Shown: piece after piece, positions 1 through 8,555 of the stretch
Numbering within the stretch: position 1 is the first letter of the stretch
How the letters are laid out: each line of letters starts with the position of its first letter
IMG/VR virus record: IMGVR_UViG_3300025084_003379
Location: 11,124-75,123 of that record
DNA length: 64,000 bases
Source: a virus
Lineage: Duplodnaviria > Caudoviricetes
Reading direction: 5' to 3' (one strand)
The notes under the pieces: generated by a model
Database searches by the model: none
Told to the model about the DNA's origin: nothing
The model's input: the letters and a program-made list of their open reading frames with translations, nothing else
Position numbers and translations under genes: made by a program

Positions 1-306
1 ATTACTGCGAGAGACGATTCAAAACTTATCTATGATTTTTTAATGCATAACGGTGTTGATGTTAATCCTGATTTTATCTTTGCAATTAATGATCCTTCGT
101 TAGGGTTTACTGGTTCTACTGCACAGAAGAAAAAAGATGCCTTTATGAAATTTGTGCAAATGGGATTTAGGAATTTTAAATTCTTTGATGATGATAAAGA
201 AAATATAAAAATTGCAAACAGTCTTAATAAAGATTTACCTGAGGTAAAAATGAAGGCGACTTTAATAAAACAAAAATGGATTCCAAACTTCAGCGACTTC
301 AAATAA
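1..306 (+). CDS. HAD-superfamily phosphatase-like protein, 5' truncated by window edge
   Basis: Frame 1 is open from base 1 (ITARDDSKLIYDFLMHNG...). The ITAR and FFDDDKENI segments resemble HAD motifs II and IV. The ORF track starts at the internal Met at 43. Confidence 0.6.
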   Translation: MTARDDSKLIYDFLMHNGVDVNPDFIFAINDPSLGFTGSTAQKKKDAFMKFVQMGFRNFKFFDDDKENIKIANSLNKDLPEVKMKATLIKQKWIPNFSDFK

Positions 307-749
307 AGCTAAAAGCATTTACTAATATTTTGTTAAGTATTAGAGATCTTTCGAATTCTTCTACTACTAAGGTTGGTTGCATGGCCTTAAAAAAAGACTT
401 TAGTAAAATAGCAAGCTTTGGGTATAATGGATCTTATAGTGGGGCTGGTACAAATAAAAATACTGGAACAGAAGAAGATTCTTTAACACCTGGTGAAAGT
501 GGATTTATTCATGCTGAGGTAAATATGATTGCCAAGTTTCAAGAATATGATCCACAAAATTACATAATACTCTTAACACTCTCCCCTTGTAAAATGTGCA
601 CTAAAATTTTAGTTAATGCTGGATTTAAGCATGTTTATTGGATACAAGACTACAGAGACATGTCTCATCTTAAAATATTTAGTGAATGTAATGTGACCTA
701 TGGTAAAATTTCTAACCTAGTAAATGACTACCACTCTATAAAGGACTGA
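276..749 (+). CDS. cd: dCMP deaminase
   Basis: Zn-binding HAEVN and SPCKMC motifs, plus the KVGC...GYNG segment typical of the dCMP deaminase family. Confidence 0.92.
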   Translation: MDSKLQRLQIKLKAFTNILLSIRDLSNSSTTKVGCMALKKDFSKIASFGYNGSYSGAGTNKNTGTEEDSLTPGESGFIHAEVNMIAKFQEYDPQNYIILLTLSPCKMCTKILVNAGFKHVYWIQDYRDMSHLKIFSECNVTYGKISNLVNDYHSIKD

Positions 750-765
750 ATATATACAAAAAATA
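746..765 (+). promoter_or_regulatory. Late-promoter-like element CTGAATATATACAAAAAATA (exact copy at 8524-8543)
   Basis: 20-bp exact repeat. Both copies overlap the upstream TGA stop and lie just before a start codon. Confidence 0.55.
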
Positions 766-775
766 GTACATACTT

Positions 776-1357
776 TTGGTCGTTGAAGCATTAACATTTA
801 AACTATCTCTTGATTTTTTTGTCTACTTAAAAAAGTACAAAATAGATGTGTCTAAAATCCGTGTAGGATTTTATGACCAAGTAAATCAAAAAACTGAATT
901 TACGGATTTTAACAGTATTGAAGAAATGGAATTATTCTATCAGAATAATTATGTCCCATTTGATCCTTGTTTTATAGGTGATATTGTTTCTATACAATTA
1001 TTCCTAGGAGCAAGTGAACTATATGAATTTACAACTGAATATAGAGCATCCGATTTAACAGGTAATTTTACATTGACTACCGGGTCTTCTTTTGATATTC
1101 AAAGAAATTCACAACGTTCAGTTCTCGTAGATAGACAAGTTTCATTTATTAACAAAGCAGTGAAAGAGTATAGAAAATATTGGGATGAAATTTATAGAAT
1201 ATATACATTAGGTATTTACTCACCGTGTTATGCAGTGCCTGGTTGGTCACAAGGGACATGGTATTTAAATCAATTAAGAGAGGTGTTTACATCAAGAAAA
1301 GATACTGATGAATTTCCTTATGATGATGCTACTATTATTAATGAACCACCTGAATAA
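776..1357 (+). CDS. Hypothetical protein (TTG start)
   Basis: 193-aa ORF fills the gap between the promoter-like motif and the fibre gene. No recognisable motif. Confidence 0.7.
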   Translation: MVVEALTFKLSLDFFVYLKKYKIDVSKIRVGFYDQVNQKTEFTDFNSIEEMELFYQNNYVPFDPCFIGDIVSIQLFLGASELYEFTTEYRASDLTGNFTLTTGSSFDIQRNSQRSVLVDRQVSFINKAVKEYRKYWDEIYRIYTLGIYSPCYAVPGWSQGTWYLNQLREVFTSRKDTDEFPYDDATIINEPPE

Positions 1358-1377
1358 ATAAAAAAAGATAAGATTAA

Positions 1378-4300
1378 ATGGCATTCAATCTAAAAGAATA
1401 CATCATCTACAGAACTGAGGTTCAAAGAGAACTTTTTAACGGAGAGGTAGATGAAAACTTCAAGGCAGTAGCAAACCCATGGGTAGATAACAGGTCTTAC
1501 GATACCGGGCATGTAGTATATCACCCAGTTGAAGTTGTTAGTGCTACTGGGACTCCGGAAGAAACCTTAACTTGGTGGAGAGCTAATAAAAGAACAACAC
1601 AAGGCTCGTTTGATACTAATGAATGGGATATCATCGGAGGTATAGGTACTGGTGATATAACAGTAAGTGGATCAAATGGGTATGGTAAAGTATTAGTTAA
1701 TTATACTGGCCCAACACCAGCCCTCGCAGCAGGTCTCGATTTTACATTAGCGTCTACAACTGATAATGATACTCTTAGATTAATAGCAGGCCCAGGTATT
1801 AGTTTTCAATATGACAATACAGTTAAGGCAATTAAGATAATAAATAATGGTAATGCAGGCGAGGTAAATCAAGGTTTAAATATAGGAATAGGTGGCCAAG
1901 ATTTATTTGCTGGGATGAGCGGCCAAGATTTAACATTCAGAGGGCTTAACGTAACTAATGTTACCGGTACTGGTGAAGTGTTAGAAATCCAATTGGATGC
2001 TGCAAACAATAACGTAGTTTATAATTTTGATGAAGGTGCTCTTGAATTACAGAATTTAAATAGTGGGCAGCCTCTTATTGATTATTTGGATGATGTTGCA
2101 ATAACTAATGTACAGAATGCTGATCTTTTACAATGGGATGGTAATAATTGGATAAACATTGCACCTAGTTCTGCTGGTCTAACTGGAGCACAAGGTACAC
2201 AAGGTACGCAAGGTATTCAAGGTATTCAAGGTTTACAAGGTATTCAAGGTTTACAAGGCGTTCAAGGTATTACAGGAACACAAGGTGTTCAAGGTATTCA
2301 AGGTATCCAAGGTATTACAGGCGCAGGTACACAAGGTATTCAAGGTATTCAAGGTATTCAAGGTATTACAGGTGCAGGAACTCAAGGTATTCAAGGTATC
2401 CAAGGTATTACAGGTGCAGGAACTCAAGGTATTACAGGTATTCAAGGTACACAAGGTATTCAAGGTGTAACAGGAGCCGATGGTACTTTTGGTGGTGCTA
2501 CTTTTGATTATCAATTTAATACAACATTAGTAGTTGACGATCCTGGATTTAGTTATGCTTCTTTAAATACAGCAAACCAAAGCCTAGCTACCATTATGTC
2601 TATAAATGATAATGGTGTTACTGGAACTGACATATCTACATTCTTAAACACAATAAAATCAAGTACTTCTATACCTAAAGGGCATGTTAGGATATCATCA
2701 AAGGCTGATTCAAATGAATTTATACTTTGGCAAATAACTGAAGTATATGACAGACCTTCTGCTCCAGGTACATGGTGGGAATTAGAAATAGTACCTGTTG
2801 CATTTACTGAAACTGCACCATTTACTATGGATGAAGACATATTAATATCATTTGTTGTAACAGGAGATAAAGGTGCGCAAGGAACTCAAGGAACACAAGG
2901 TATAATAGGTTCACAAGGTATAACAGGTTCCCAAGGTACTCAAGGTATTACTGGTGCAGGTACTCAAGGTATTCAAGGTATCCAAGGTATTACAGGAACT
3001 GGCGCGCAAGGCGCACAAGGTACATTTGGTACACAAGGTATTCAAGGTATAACAGGAGGTATTGGTTATTTAGGTAATTGGTATTTAAGAAATACAACAA
3101 CCGGTGTAGCTGATCCAACATCTGGTGAATTTATTGGAAATAGTACTACAAATTTTAGTAATGTTACTTTCTTTGAATTAAATACAACAGACTGGGGTAC
3201 GACAGGTTCTAATGGTATAAATAGAGGAGGATACTTGGAGTATGTTTGTCCTGGATCAATTATGCATATTGAAGATCCGGCAACCGGTGATGAATGGCAA
3301 TGGGAAGTAGATGCTAATGCCCTCTCTTCTTCTACAACATTTAGAGAATTAACTGTTACTTTTCTTGCTGGCCCAAGTGGTATTGGAACACTGGATCATG
3401 TATATGAAGTTAGATTTGATACCGCTGGATGTACAGGTGCACAAGGTATAACTGGTTTACAAGGTATACAAGGTATAGCAGGTAGCGTTTCGGCTCAAGG
3501 AACACAAGGTACACAAGGTATTACTGGAACTGGAACTCAGGGTATAACTGGTTTACAAGGTATACAAGGTATAGCAGGTAGCGTTTCGGCTCAAGGAACA
3601 CAAGGAACCCAAGGTATAACTGGAACTGGAACTCAGGGTATTCAAGGTATAATTGGTTTACAAGGTATACAAGGTATAGCAGGTAGTGTTTCGGCTCAAG
3701 GAACACAAGGAACTCAAGGTATAACTGGAACTGGAACTCAAGGTATTCAAGGTATCACTGGTTTGCAAGGAACTCAAGGTACACAAGGTATTGAAGGTAC
3801 AGGTACACAAGGCATTCAAGGTATCACTGGTATTCAAGGAACACAAGGAACACAAGGTATAACTGGTACCGGTATACAAGGTATAACTGGAACTCAAGGT
3901 ATAACTGGTTTACAAGGTATACAAGGTATAGCAGGTAGTGTTTCAGCACAAGGAACGCAAGGAACCCAAGGTATAACTGGAACTGGAACTCAAGGTATTC
4001 AAGGTATCACTGGTATTCAAGGAACACAAGGAACACAAGGTATAACTGGTACCGGTATACAAGGTATAACTGGTTTACAAGGTATCACTGGTTTACAAGG
4101 AACTCAAGGTACACAAGGTATTGAAGGTACAGGAACTCAAGGTATTCAAGGTATAACCGGTTTACAAGGAACACAAGGAACCCAAGGTATAACTGGAACT
4201 GGAATTCAAGGTATTCAAGGTATCACTGGTTTACAAGGAACACAAGGTATAACTGGTTTACAAGGTATTCAAGGTTTACAAGGAACTCAAGGTATTGAAG

Positions 4301-6315
4301 GCACAGGAACTCAAGGTACTCAAGGTATTCAAGGTATCACTGGTTTACAAGGAACTCAAGGTTTACAAGGTATTGAAGGTACTGGAACTCAAGGTATTCA
4401 AGGTATCACTGGTTTACAAGGAACACAAGGTATAACTGGTGATCAAGGAACACAAGGAACAACCGGCGCAGAAGGTGGGTGTTTTACTCCTACTGCGTTT
4501 TTTAATAATGGATTTTCATCTACTGTACAACAATATGTACAAGTTGATAACTCAACACCAACGCAGGTATTCATCGGTAATACTTCAGGTTGTCAGTTTA
4601 TTGGAGATAATGCATTAAATGAAAACGCTACGATTACTATACAAGATCCAGCTACACCAGCTAATAAGATGATACTTAGGGTTGACAGTAAAATTCCTGC
4701 GGCCCTTCAACCTTCTAATGGTATAATTTATAATATTACTATAATTAGTGGTGCTTTTCTTTTAGCTAATAATCCTAGCCCTGTTTATACTGTATGTACA
4801 TACCAGGCAGGTCCACTAATAGTTGGACCAGGTTGTGAACTAATAAATAGAGAGGTATTTACAATAGGTGGTACCGCTCCTGGGACATTCGCTGTTAATA
4901 ATGCAACTGCTAATTTAGTAACACAGGTGTTTATTAGTCCAACTTCTAGTAATAATCAAGCGGCAGTAGTAGGCTCAATACTTTCATTTTCCCAAAGTTC
5001 TGATGGTACTTATTCTAATCCTGATAATTATGAAGTAACTCTAGTGACAACACCGACAGGAAATTTAGTTTATACTGTTGTATGGGTTAGTGGACCTAAT
5101 CAAACTTTTAGTGGAGATGATGAAGTAGTTTATTGTGTTAGTCAGCCAGGTACTGCAGGAACACAAGGTATTCAAGGTATTCAAGGTACCCAAGGTATTC
5201 AAGGTATTCAAGGTGTAGGTGTAAATGGTGTAGATGGTGCAAATGCTTTAAGATGGATTTGTAATTCAACTTCCGGTGCAGGTGCACCTGCAAATAATGA
5301 TTTTAATATTTCTAATAATGACCCATCATTAGCATCACTTGTAAATATTTCAAAAACTGATGCTAATGCCTCTGTCGTTGATGGTTGGTTAGCAGGAATC
5401 TCTTCAGGTGATCAAATAGCTTTATATAAAGTAGATGATCCGTCACAATTCGGTATCTATTTAGTAAATGGTAATCCAACCTCCGGTACCAATTCCCTCT
5501 TAATCGCTCTTCAATATATTGCTGGTGACGGGCAATTTGCTGCAGGTGATACATATTCAATATCTTATAACATAACAGGAGTACAAGGTACTACTGGTAC
5601 ACAAGGTACACAAGGTATAACAGGAGGCAGCGGAACTTCAATTGCTCCTCAATTTGAAAGTTCTATAGTAGTAAGTGATGGTCTTCCTAATTACAATACT
5701 GCTGGATGGCAGGTAGGTGATGCGGCGGCTTCTAGTGGCGGATTGGCACTCCTAGGTGGTTGGTCTGATTCGATTTGGGCTAGGACGGTACAAGGAGGTT
5801 CTTACCCAGGCGGTATAGTAATTGGTGAAATAACATCTGTGGGAGCTCATGGGCCTACCAGGGCTGATCAAGCAAGACCTACAACCATGACCTGTGGTGT
5901 AGTACCAAATGAATCGGTTGTAGCTGGTAGTAAACAATACAATGTGTACTTCACTGTTTTTACAAATAATACAGGTGTTTCAAATACTGGTGATTTTCAT
6001 GTGAAAATGTGGACGTGGGAATGTGGTGATATAATTCCTCCATCAACCGGCGGAACCGGCGATGACATGATGGCCTTAACTGGCTTAGGGCCTGATGATG
6101 GTATAACATTCTCTAATGCTCAATTTACCGTCTTTGACGACCAAGATGTAAATGCTGGAAAATTCTTATGTGGCACAGCAAGCTTTAATATTAGTGTACC
6201 CGTTAATCCATCAACTACAAGGATTTTCTTGGGGTTTGCAGCTAGTAAAGGTGGAACTTTGGAGCTAGATGAAGTCAATATTACATATAAGGTATTTATC
6301 AGTGATCCATCATAA
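1378..6315 (+). CDS. Collagen-like (Gly-X-Gln) tail fibre/virion appendage protein with interspersed globular modules
   Basis: N-terminal fibre-anchor-like segment (RELFNGEVDENF), a short WVDNRSYDTGHVVYH segment resembling small aromatic carbohydrate-binding modules, five GXQ tracts, and Thr/Gly/Asn-rich beta modules. Confidence 0.8.
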   Translation: MAFNLKEYIIYRTEVQRELFNGEVDENFKAVANPWVDNRSYDTGHVVYHPVEVVSATGTPEETLTWWRANKRTTQGSFDTNEWDIIGGIGTGDITVSGSNGYGKVLVNYTGPTPALAAGLDFTLASTTDNDTLRLIAGPGISFQYDNTVKAIKIINNGNAGEVNQGLNIGIGGQDLFAGMSGQDLTFRGLNVTNVTGTGEVLEIQLDAANNNVVYNFDEGALELQNLNSGQPLIDYLDDVAITNVQNADLLQWDGNNWINIAPSSAGLTGAQGTQGTQGIQGIQGLQGIQGLQGVQGITGTQGVQGIQGIQGITGAGTQGIQGIQGIQGITGAGTQGIQGIQGITGAGTQGITGIQGTQGIQGVTGADGTFGGATFDYQFNTTLVVDDPGFSYASLNTANQSLATIMSINDNGVTGTDISTFLNTIKSSTSIPKGHVRISSKADSNEFILWQITEVYDRPSAPGTWWELEIVPVAFTETAPFTMDEDILISFVVTGDKGAQGTQGTQGIIGSQGITGSQGTQGITGAGTQGIQGIQGITGTGAQGAQGTFGTQGIQGITGGIGYLGNWYLRNTTTGVADPTSGEFIGNSTTNFSNVTFFELNTTDWGTTGSNGINRGGYLEYVCPGSIMHIEDPATGDEWQWEVDANALSSSTTFRELTVTFLAGPSGIGTLDHVYEVRFDTAGCTGAQGITGLQGIQGIAGSVSAQGTQGTQGITGTGTQGITGLQGIQGIAGSVSAQGTQGTQGITGTGTQGIQGIIGLQGIQGIAGSVSAQGTQGTQGITGTGTQGIQGITGLQGTQGTQGIEGTGTQGIQGITGIQGTQGTQGITGTGIQGITGTQGITGLQGIQGIAGSVSAQGTQGTQGITGTGTQGIQGITGIQGTQGTQGITGTGIQGITGLQGITGLQGTQGTQGIEGTGTQGIQGITGLQGTQGTQGITGTGIQGIQGITGLQGTQGITGLQGIQGLQGTQGIEGTGTQGTQGIQGITGLQGTQGLQGIEGTGTQGIQGITGLQGTQGITGDQGTQGTTGAEGGCFTPTAFFNNGFSSTVQQYVQVDNSTPTQVFIGNTSGCQFIGDNALNENATITIQDPATPANKMILRVDSKIPAALQPSNGIIYNITIISGAFLLANNPSPVYTVCTYQAGPLIVGPGCELINREVFTIGGTAPGTFAVNNATANLVTQVFISPTSSNNQAAVVGSILSFSQSSDGTYSNPDNYEVTLVTTPTGNLVYTVVWVSGPNQTFSGDDEVVYCVSQPGTAGTQGIQGIQGTQGIQGIQGVGVNGVDGANALRWICNSTSGAGAPANNDFNISNNDPSLASLVNISKTDANASVVDGWLAGISSGDQIALYKVDDPSQFGIYLVNGNPTSGTNSLLIALQYIAGDGQFAAGDTYSISYNITGVQGTTGTQGTQGITGGSGTSIAPQFESSIVVSDGLPNYNTAGWQVGDAAASSGGLALLGGWSDSIWARTVQGGSYPGGIVIGEITSVGAHGPTRADQARPTTMTCGVVPNESVVAGSKQYNVYFTVFTNNTGVSNTGDFHVKMWTWECGDIIPPSTGGTGDDMMALTGLGPDDGITFSNAQFTVFDDQDVNAGKFLCGTASFNISVPVNPSTTRIFLGFAASKGGTLELDEVNITYKVFISDPS
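2185..5622 (+). repeat. Gly-X-Gln coding repeats (tracts ~2185-2478, ~2872-3060, ~3436-4470, ~5158-5217, ~5578-5622)
   Basis: Tandem caaggt(att/aca/act/tta) units. A higher-order unit GITGLQGIQGIAGSVSAQGTQ starts at 3445, 3541, 3646 and 3898. Confidence 0.95.
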
Positions 6316-6374
6316 TATTTAAATTTAAAACAATTTTATTTTTTTATGTATAATAACTATAAAGGGATAATAGT

Positions 6375-6860
6375 ATGGAAAGTATAGAAGAAAAACTACA
6401 GTGGATTAAAGGTGATAAGATAGGGTCGGTAGAAGTTATTAAAACTACCGAGGATGGGTGGACTATATTTGAGAGTGGTGGAAGAATATCAACTAATCTA
6501 ATATCTGAATTTTTAGAACCTTTGGATGGAGATCCTTTAGATTTTAATTCACCTACACCAGCATCAATAAAAGCAGAGGTCTATAAAGAAAAATTGCCAC
6601 CACAAAAAGAAACCTCATCTCCAATAAGAACTCTTTTTGATAAGCAGAAAAAGAATGATAAAGTAAAACTGAATCTTACCTTTCCAATAAGTGTCCCTAA
6701 AAAGGCTATTTATGAAATTATTAGTTCATCATTTGATAGTGAAGAAGTAAACGAGGAACTAGAATCATTTATTAAAAATCAAATATCAGAAGATTTAATT
6801 TTGGATAGTCTTTTTGATAGTATTAAAGAATTAATTAAAACTAGATATAAAATTGACTAA
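6375..6860 (+). CDS. Hypothetical protein
   Basis: 161-aa ORF with A-rich leader. No motif recognised. Confidence 0.75.
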   Translation: MESIEEKLQWIKGDKIGSVEVIKTTEDGWTIFESGGRISTNLISEFLEPLDGDPLDFNSPTPASIKAEVYKEKLPPQKETSSPIRTLFDKQKKNDKVKLNLTFPISVPKKAIYEIISSSFDSEEVNEELESFIKNQISEDLILDSLFDSIKELIKTRYKID

Positions 6861-6896
6861 GCAATTTAAGGTATAATATATAATAAAATCAATCAC

Positions 6897-7271
6897 ATGA
6901 CACAAGCACCGAATAGAAGACAGAGAAGATTAGCGATGAAGTATCAAGGTATACTAAAGGCGAAAAGAAACTTACCTTTTAATGAATGGATGAAACTCAC
7001 AAAGGCATCTATTGATAAAGGTATAGAATTACATAAAGCTAACACTGATGCAGTAGAGAAGAAAATTACAGAACAGCTTGAGAGCATGGAAGAAAGTAAA
7101 ATTATAGCATGGAAAGAAGTTGGCTATAATGATAAAGAAATTGAAATGTTAAGAGAAGCTGATGCTATTTTAACTGTTAAAGATAAAGAATCATGGCATA
7201 CCGATAAAAAGGTAGCAAGAAAGCTAATGAAAGAAGCAAGAGAATCTTTAAATAATAGACTTAATGATTAA
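6897..7271 (+). CDS. Hypothetical basic helical protein
   Basis: 124-aa ORF with N-terminal NRRQRR, tightly packed with the next gene. Confidence 0.75.
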   Translation: MTQAPNRRQRRLAMKYQGILKAKRNLPFNEWMKLTKASIDKGIELHKANTDAVEKKITEQLESMEESKIIAWKEVGYNDKEIEMLREADAILTVKDKESWHTDKKVARKLMKEARESLNNRLND

Positions 7272-7593
7272 AATCGTTTTAGAACCTGCAAGGAATGGGG
7301 TTATTAAGAGAGTGATCGATGATAATCATGGCGGCGGTAAAGAACAGTGGACTTCAACAGATGTATATGAATCTAATGATGAAAGCCGTAATAAGTACGA
7401 ATATATTATGAAGTTCTTTTGGGAGCTATGCGAGGATCTAGGTTTAGAAGGCGGTAATAAATTTGAAAAAGAAGTACTCAGGTTAAAGACGGAATGGGGT
7501 ACTCATTATGAGCCTAATAAAAAAGAACTAGAAAGTAAAATAAGAGAGCTCCAAGCAGAGATCGATTTACTAACTGAATGGAAACAAACATAG
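7264..7593 (+). CDS. Hypothetical protein
   Basis: 109-aa ORF overlapping both neighbours, with a C-terminal coiled coil. Confidence 0.7.
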   Translation: MIKIVLEPARNGVIKRVIDDNHGGGKEQWTSTDVYESNDESRNKYEYIMKFFWELCEDLGLEGGNKFEKEVLRLKTEWGTHYEPNKKELESKIRELQAEIDLLTEWKQT

Positions 7594-7967
7594 AATTTAA
7601 TTTTATATACTCAAAGGATGCGGTAAGAGTAAAAACCTTTTTAGGTGCAGTTCCTAGAAATATTGAATGTATTAATTACATGGATATTTTTAACAAACTA
7701 ACCAAGAATGATTTTTATCAATTTGAACCGTCTGACGCTGTTGTATCGTCTTATCTTATGAAGCAGTTGCAAACTGTATTGGATAGAAATACTACTTCTT
7801 CAATTTTTTATGTACTTGGTAATCTTAATGAATCTACAGTAACAGGTATAAAGACATATGTAGAATCTTTAACCGATAGAGAATTAAAATACAACATATA
7901 TCATTCACCAGAAATTAATGTAAACGGTAGCGCAGATCTATTTGAGAACATTATAGAATTTGAATGA
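7578..7967 (+). CDS. Hypothetical protein
   Basis: 129-aa ORF with an ATGA overlap to the next gene. Confidence 0.7.
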   Translation: METNIEFNFIYSKDAVRVKTFLGAVPRNIECINYMDIFNKLTKNDFYQFEPSDAVVSSYLMKQLQTVLDRNTTSSIFYVLGNLNESTVTGIKTYVESLTDRELKYNIYHSPEINVNGSADLFENIIEFE

Positions 7968-8527
7968 AAGCCCATAGAATATTTACAAAAGGCCAAACTG
8001 TTTATTGTCTATTATCTTCTTTTAGTAGGCCTAATGTTTTATTACCTATAAAAGGTCTTATCATGGATACGCAGTGGGATCCTATTAATCCACAGTATCA
8101 AATTCGCATTATTAAAATGTATGATAATATGAAATATTTAAAATCCAATTTTTTTGATATGAATTTTAAATATGAGTTTGATAATAGAGCCAGAAAAATG
8201 CCACTTAAAAAAGAAGACTTCAAAAATGTAAAATCATTAGAAGATAGGTTTAATGAAAATGATAGGGAACGGTTTTATGTAATAGTAGAATCTGTTATGT
8301 GTAAAAAAACTAAAAATGATTTACAAGGTTTATTTGAAAAAGTTCAGTTTTATATAATATCAAAAAACCTAAAAGAAATAAGAGATATATCATCAAGGCC
8401 ATTTTTTAAAGGTTCTCTTTCAACTGATAGCTCACAGGAGTTTAATGCTAGATTTAAAAAAGGTTGGTTAGATAAATTCCAAAGAGGTGATATTGACATA
8501 GATAAGTATCTCAACAGCTTAAGCTGA
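7964..8527 (+). CDS. Hypothetical protein
   Basis: 187-aa ORF coupled by an ATGA overlap to the previous gene. Confidence 0.75.
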   Translation: MKAHRIFTKGQTVYCLLSSFSRPNVLLPIKGLIMDTQWDPINPQYQIRIIKMYDNMKYLKSNFFDMNFKYEFDNRARKMPLKKEDFKNVKSLEDRFNENDRERFYVIVESVMCKKTKNDLQGLFEKVQFYIISKNLKEIRDISSRPFFKGSLSTDSSQEFNARFKKGWLDKFQRGDIDIDKYLNSLS

Positions 8528-8555
8528 ATATATACAAAAAATAAGAGTTTAACTT

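Noticed and set aside
2251-3897. Alternative-frame and antisense ORFs in the collagen tracts (e.g. 2285-2470 KVFKVF, 2251-2514, 3521-3706, 3658-3897; also 60144-60371, 63746-63955)
   Set aside because: They are shadows of the stop-poor caaggt repeat, fully nested in a long coherent ORF and without their own leaders.
3436-4470. Repeat arrays as possible CRISPR or iterons
   Set aside because: The units are in-frame codon repeats without unique spacers of constant length.
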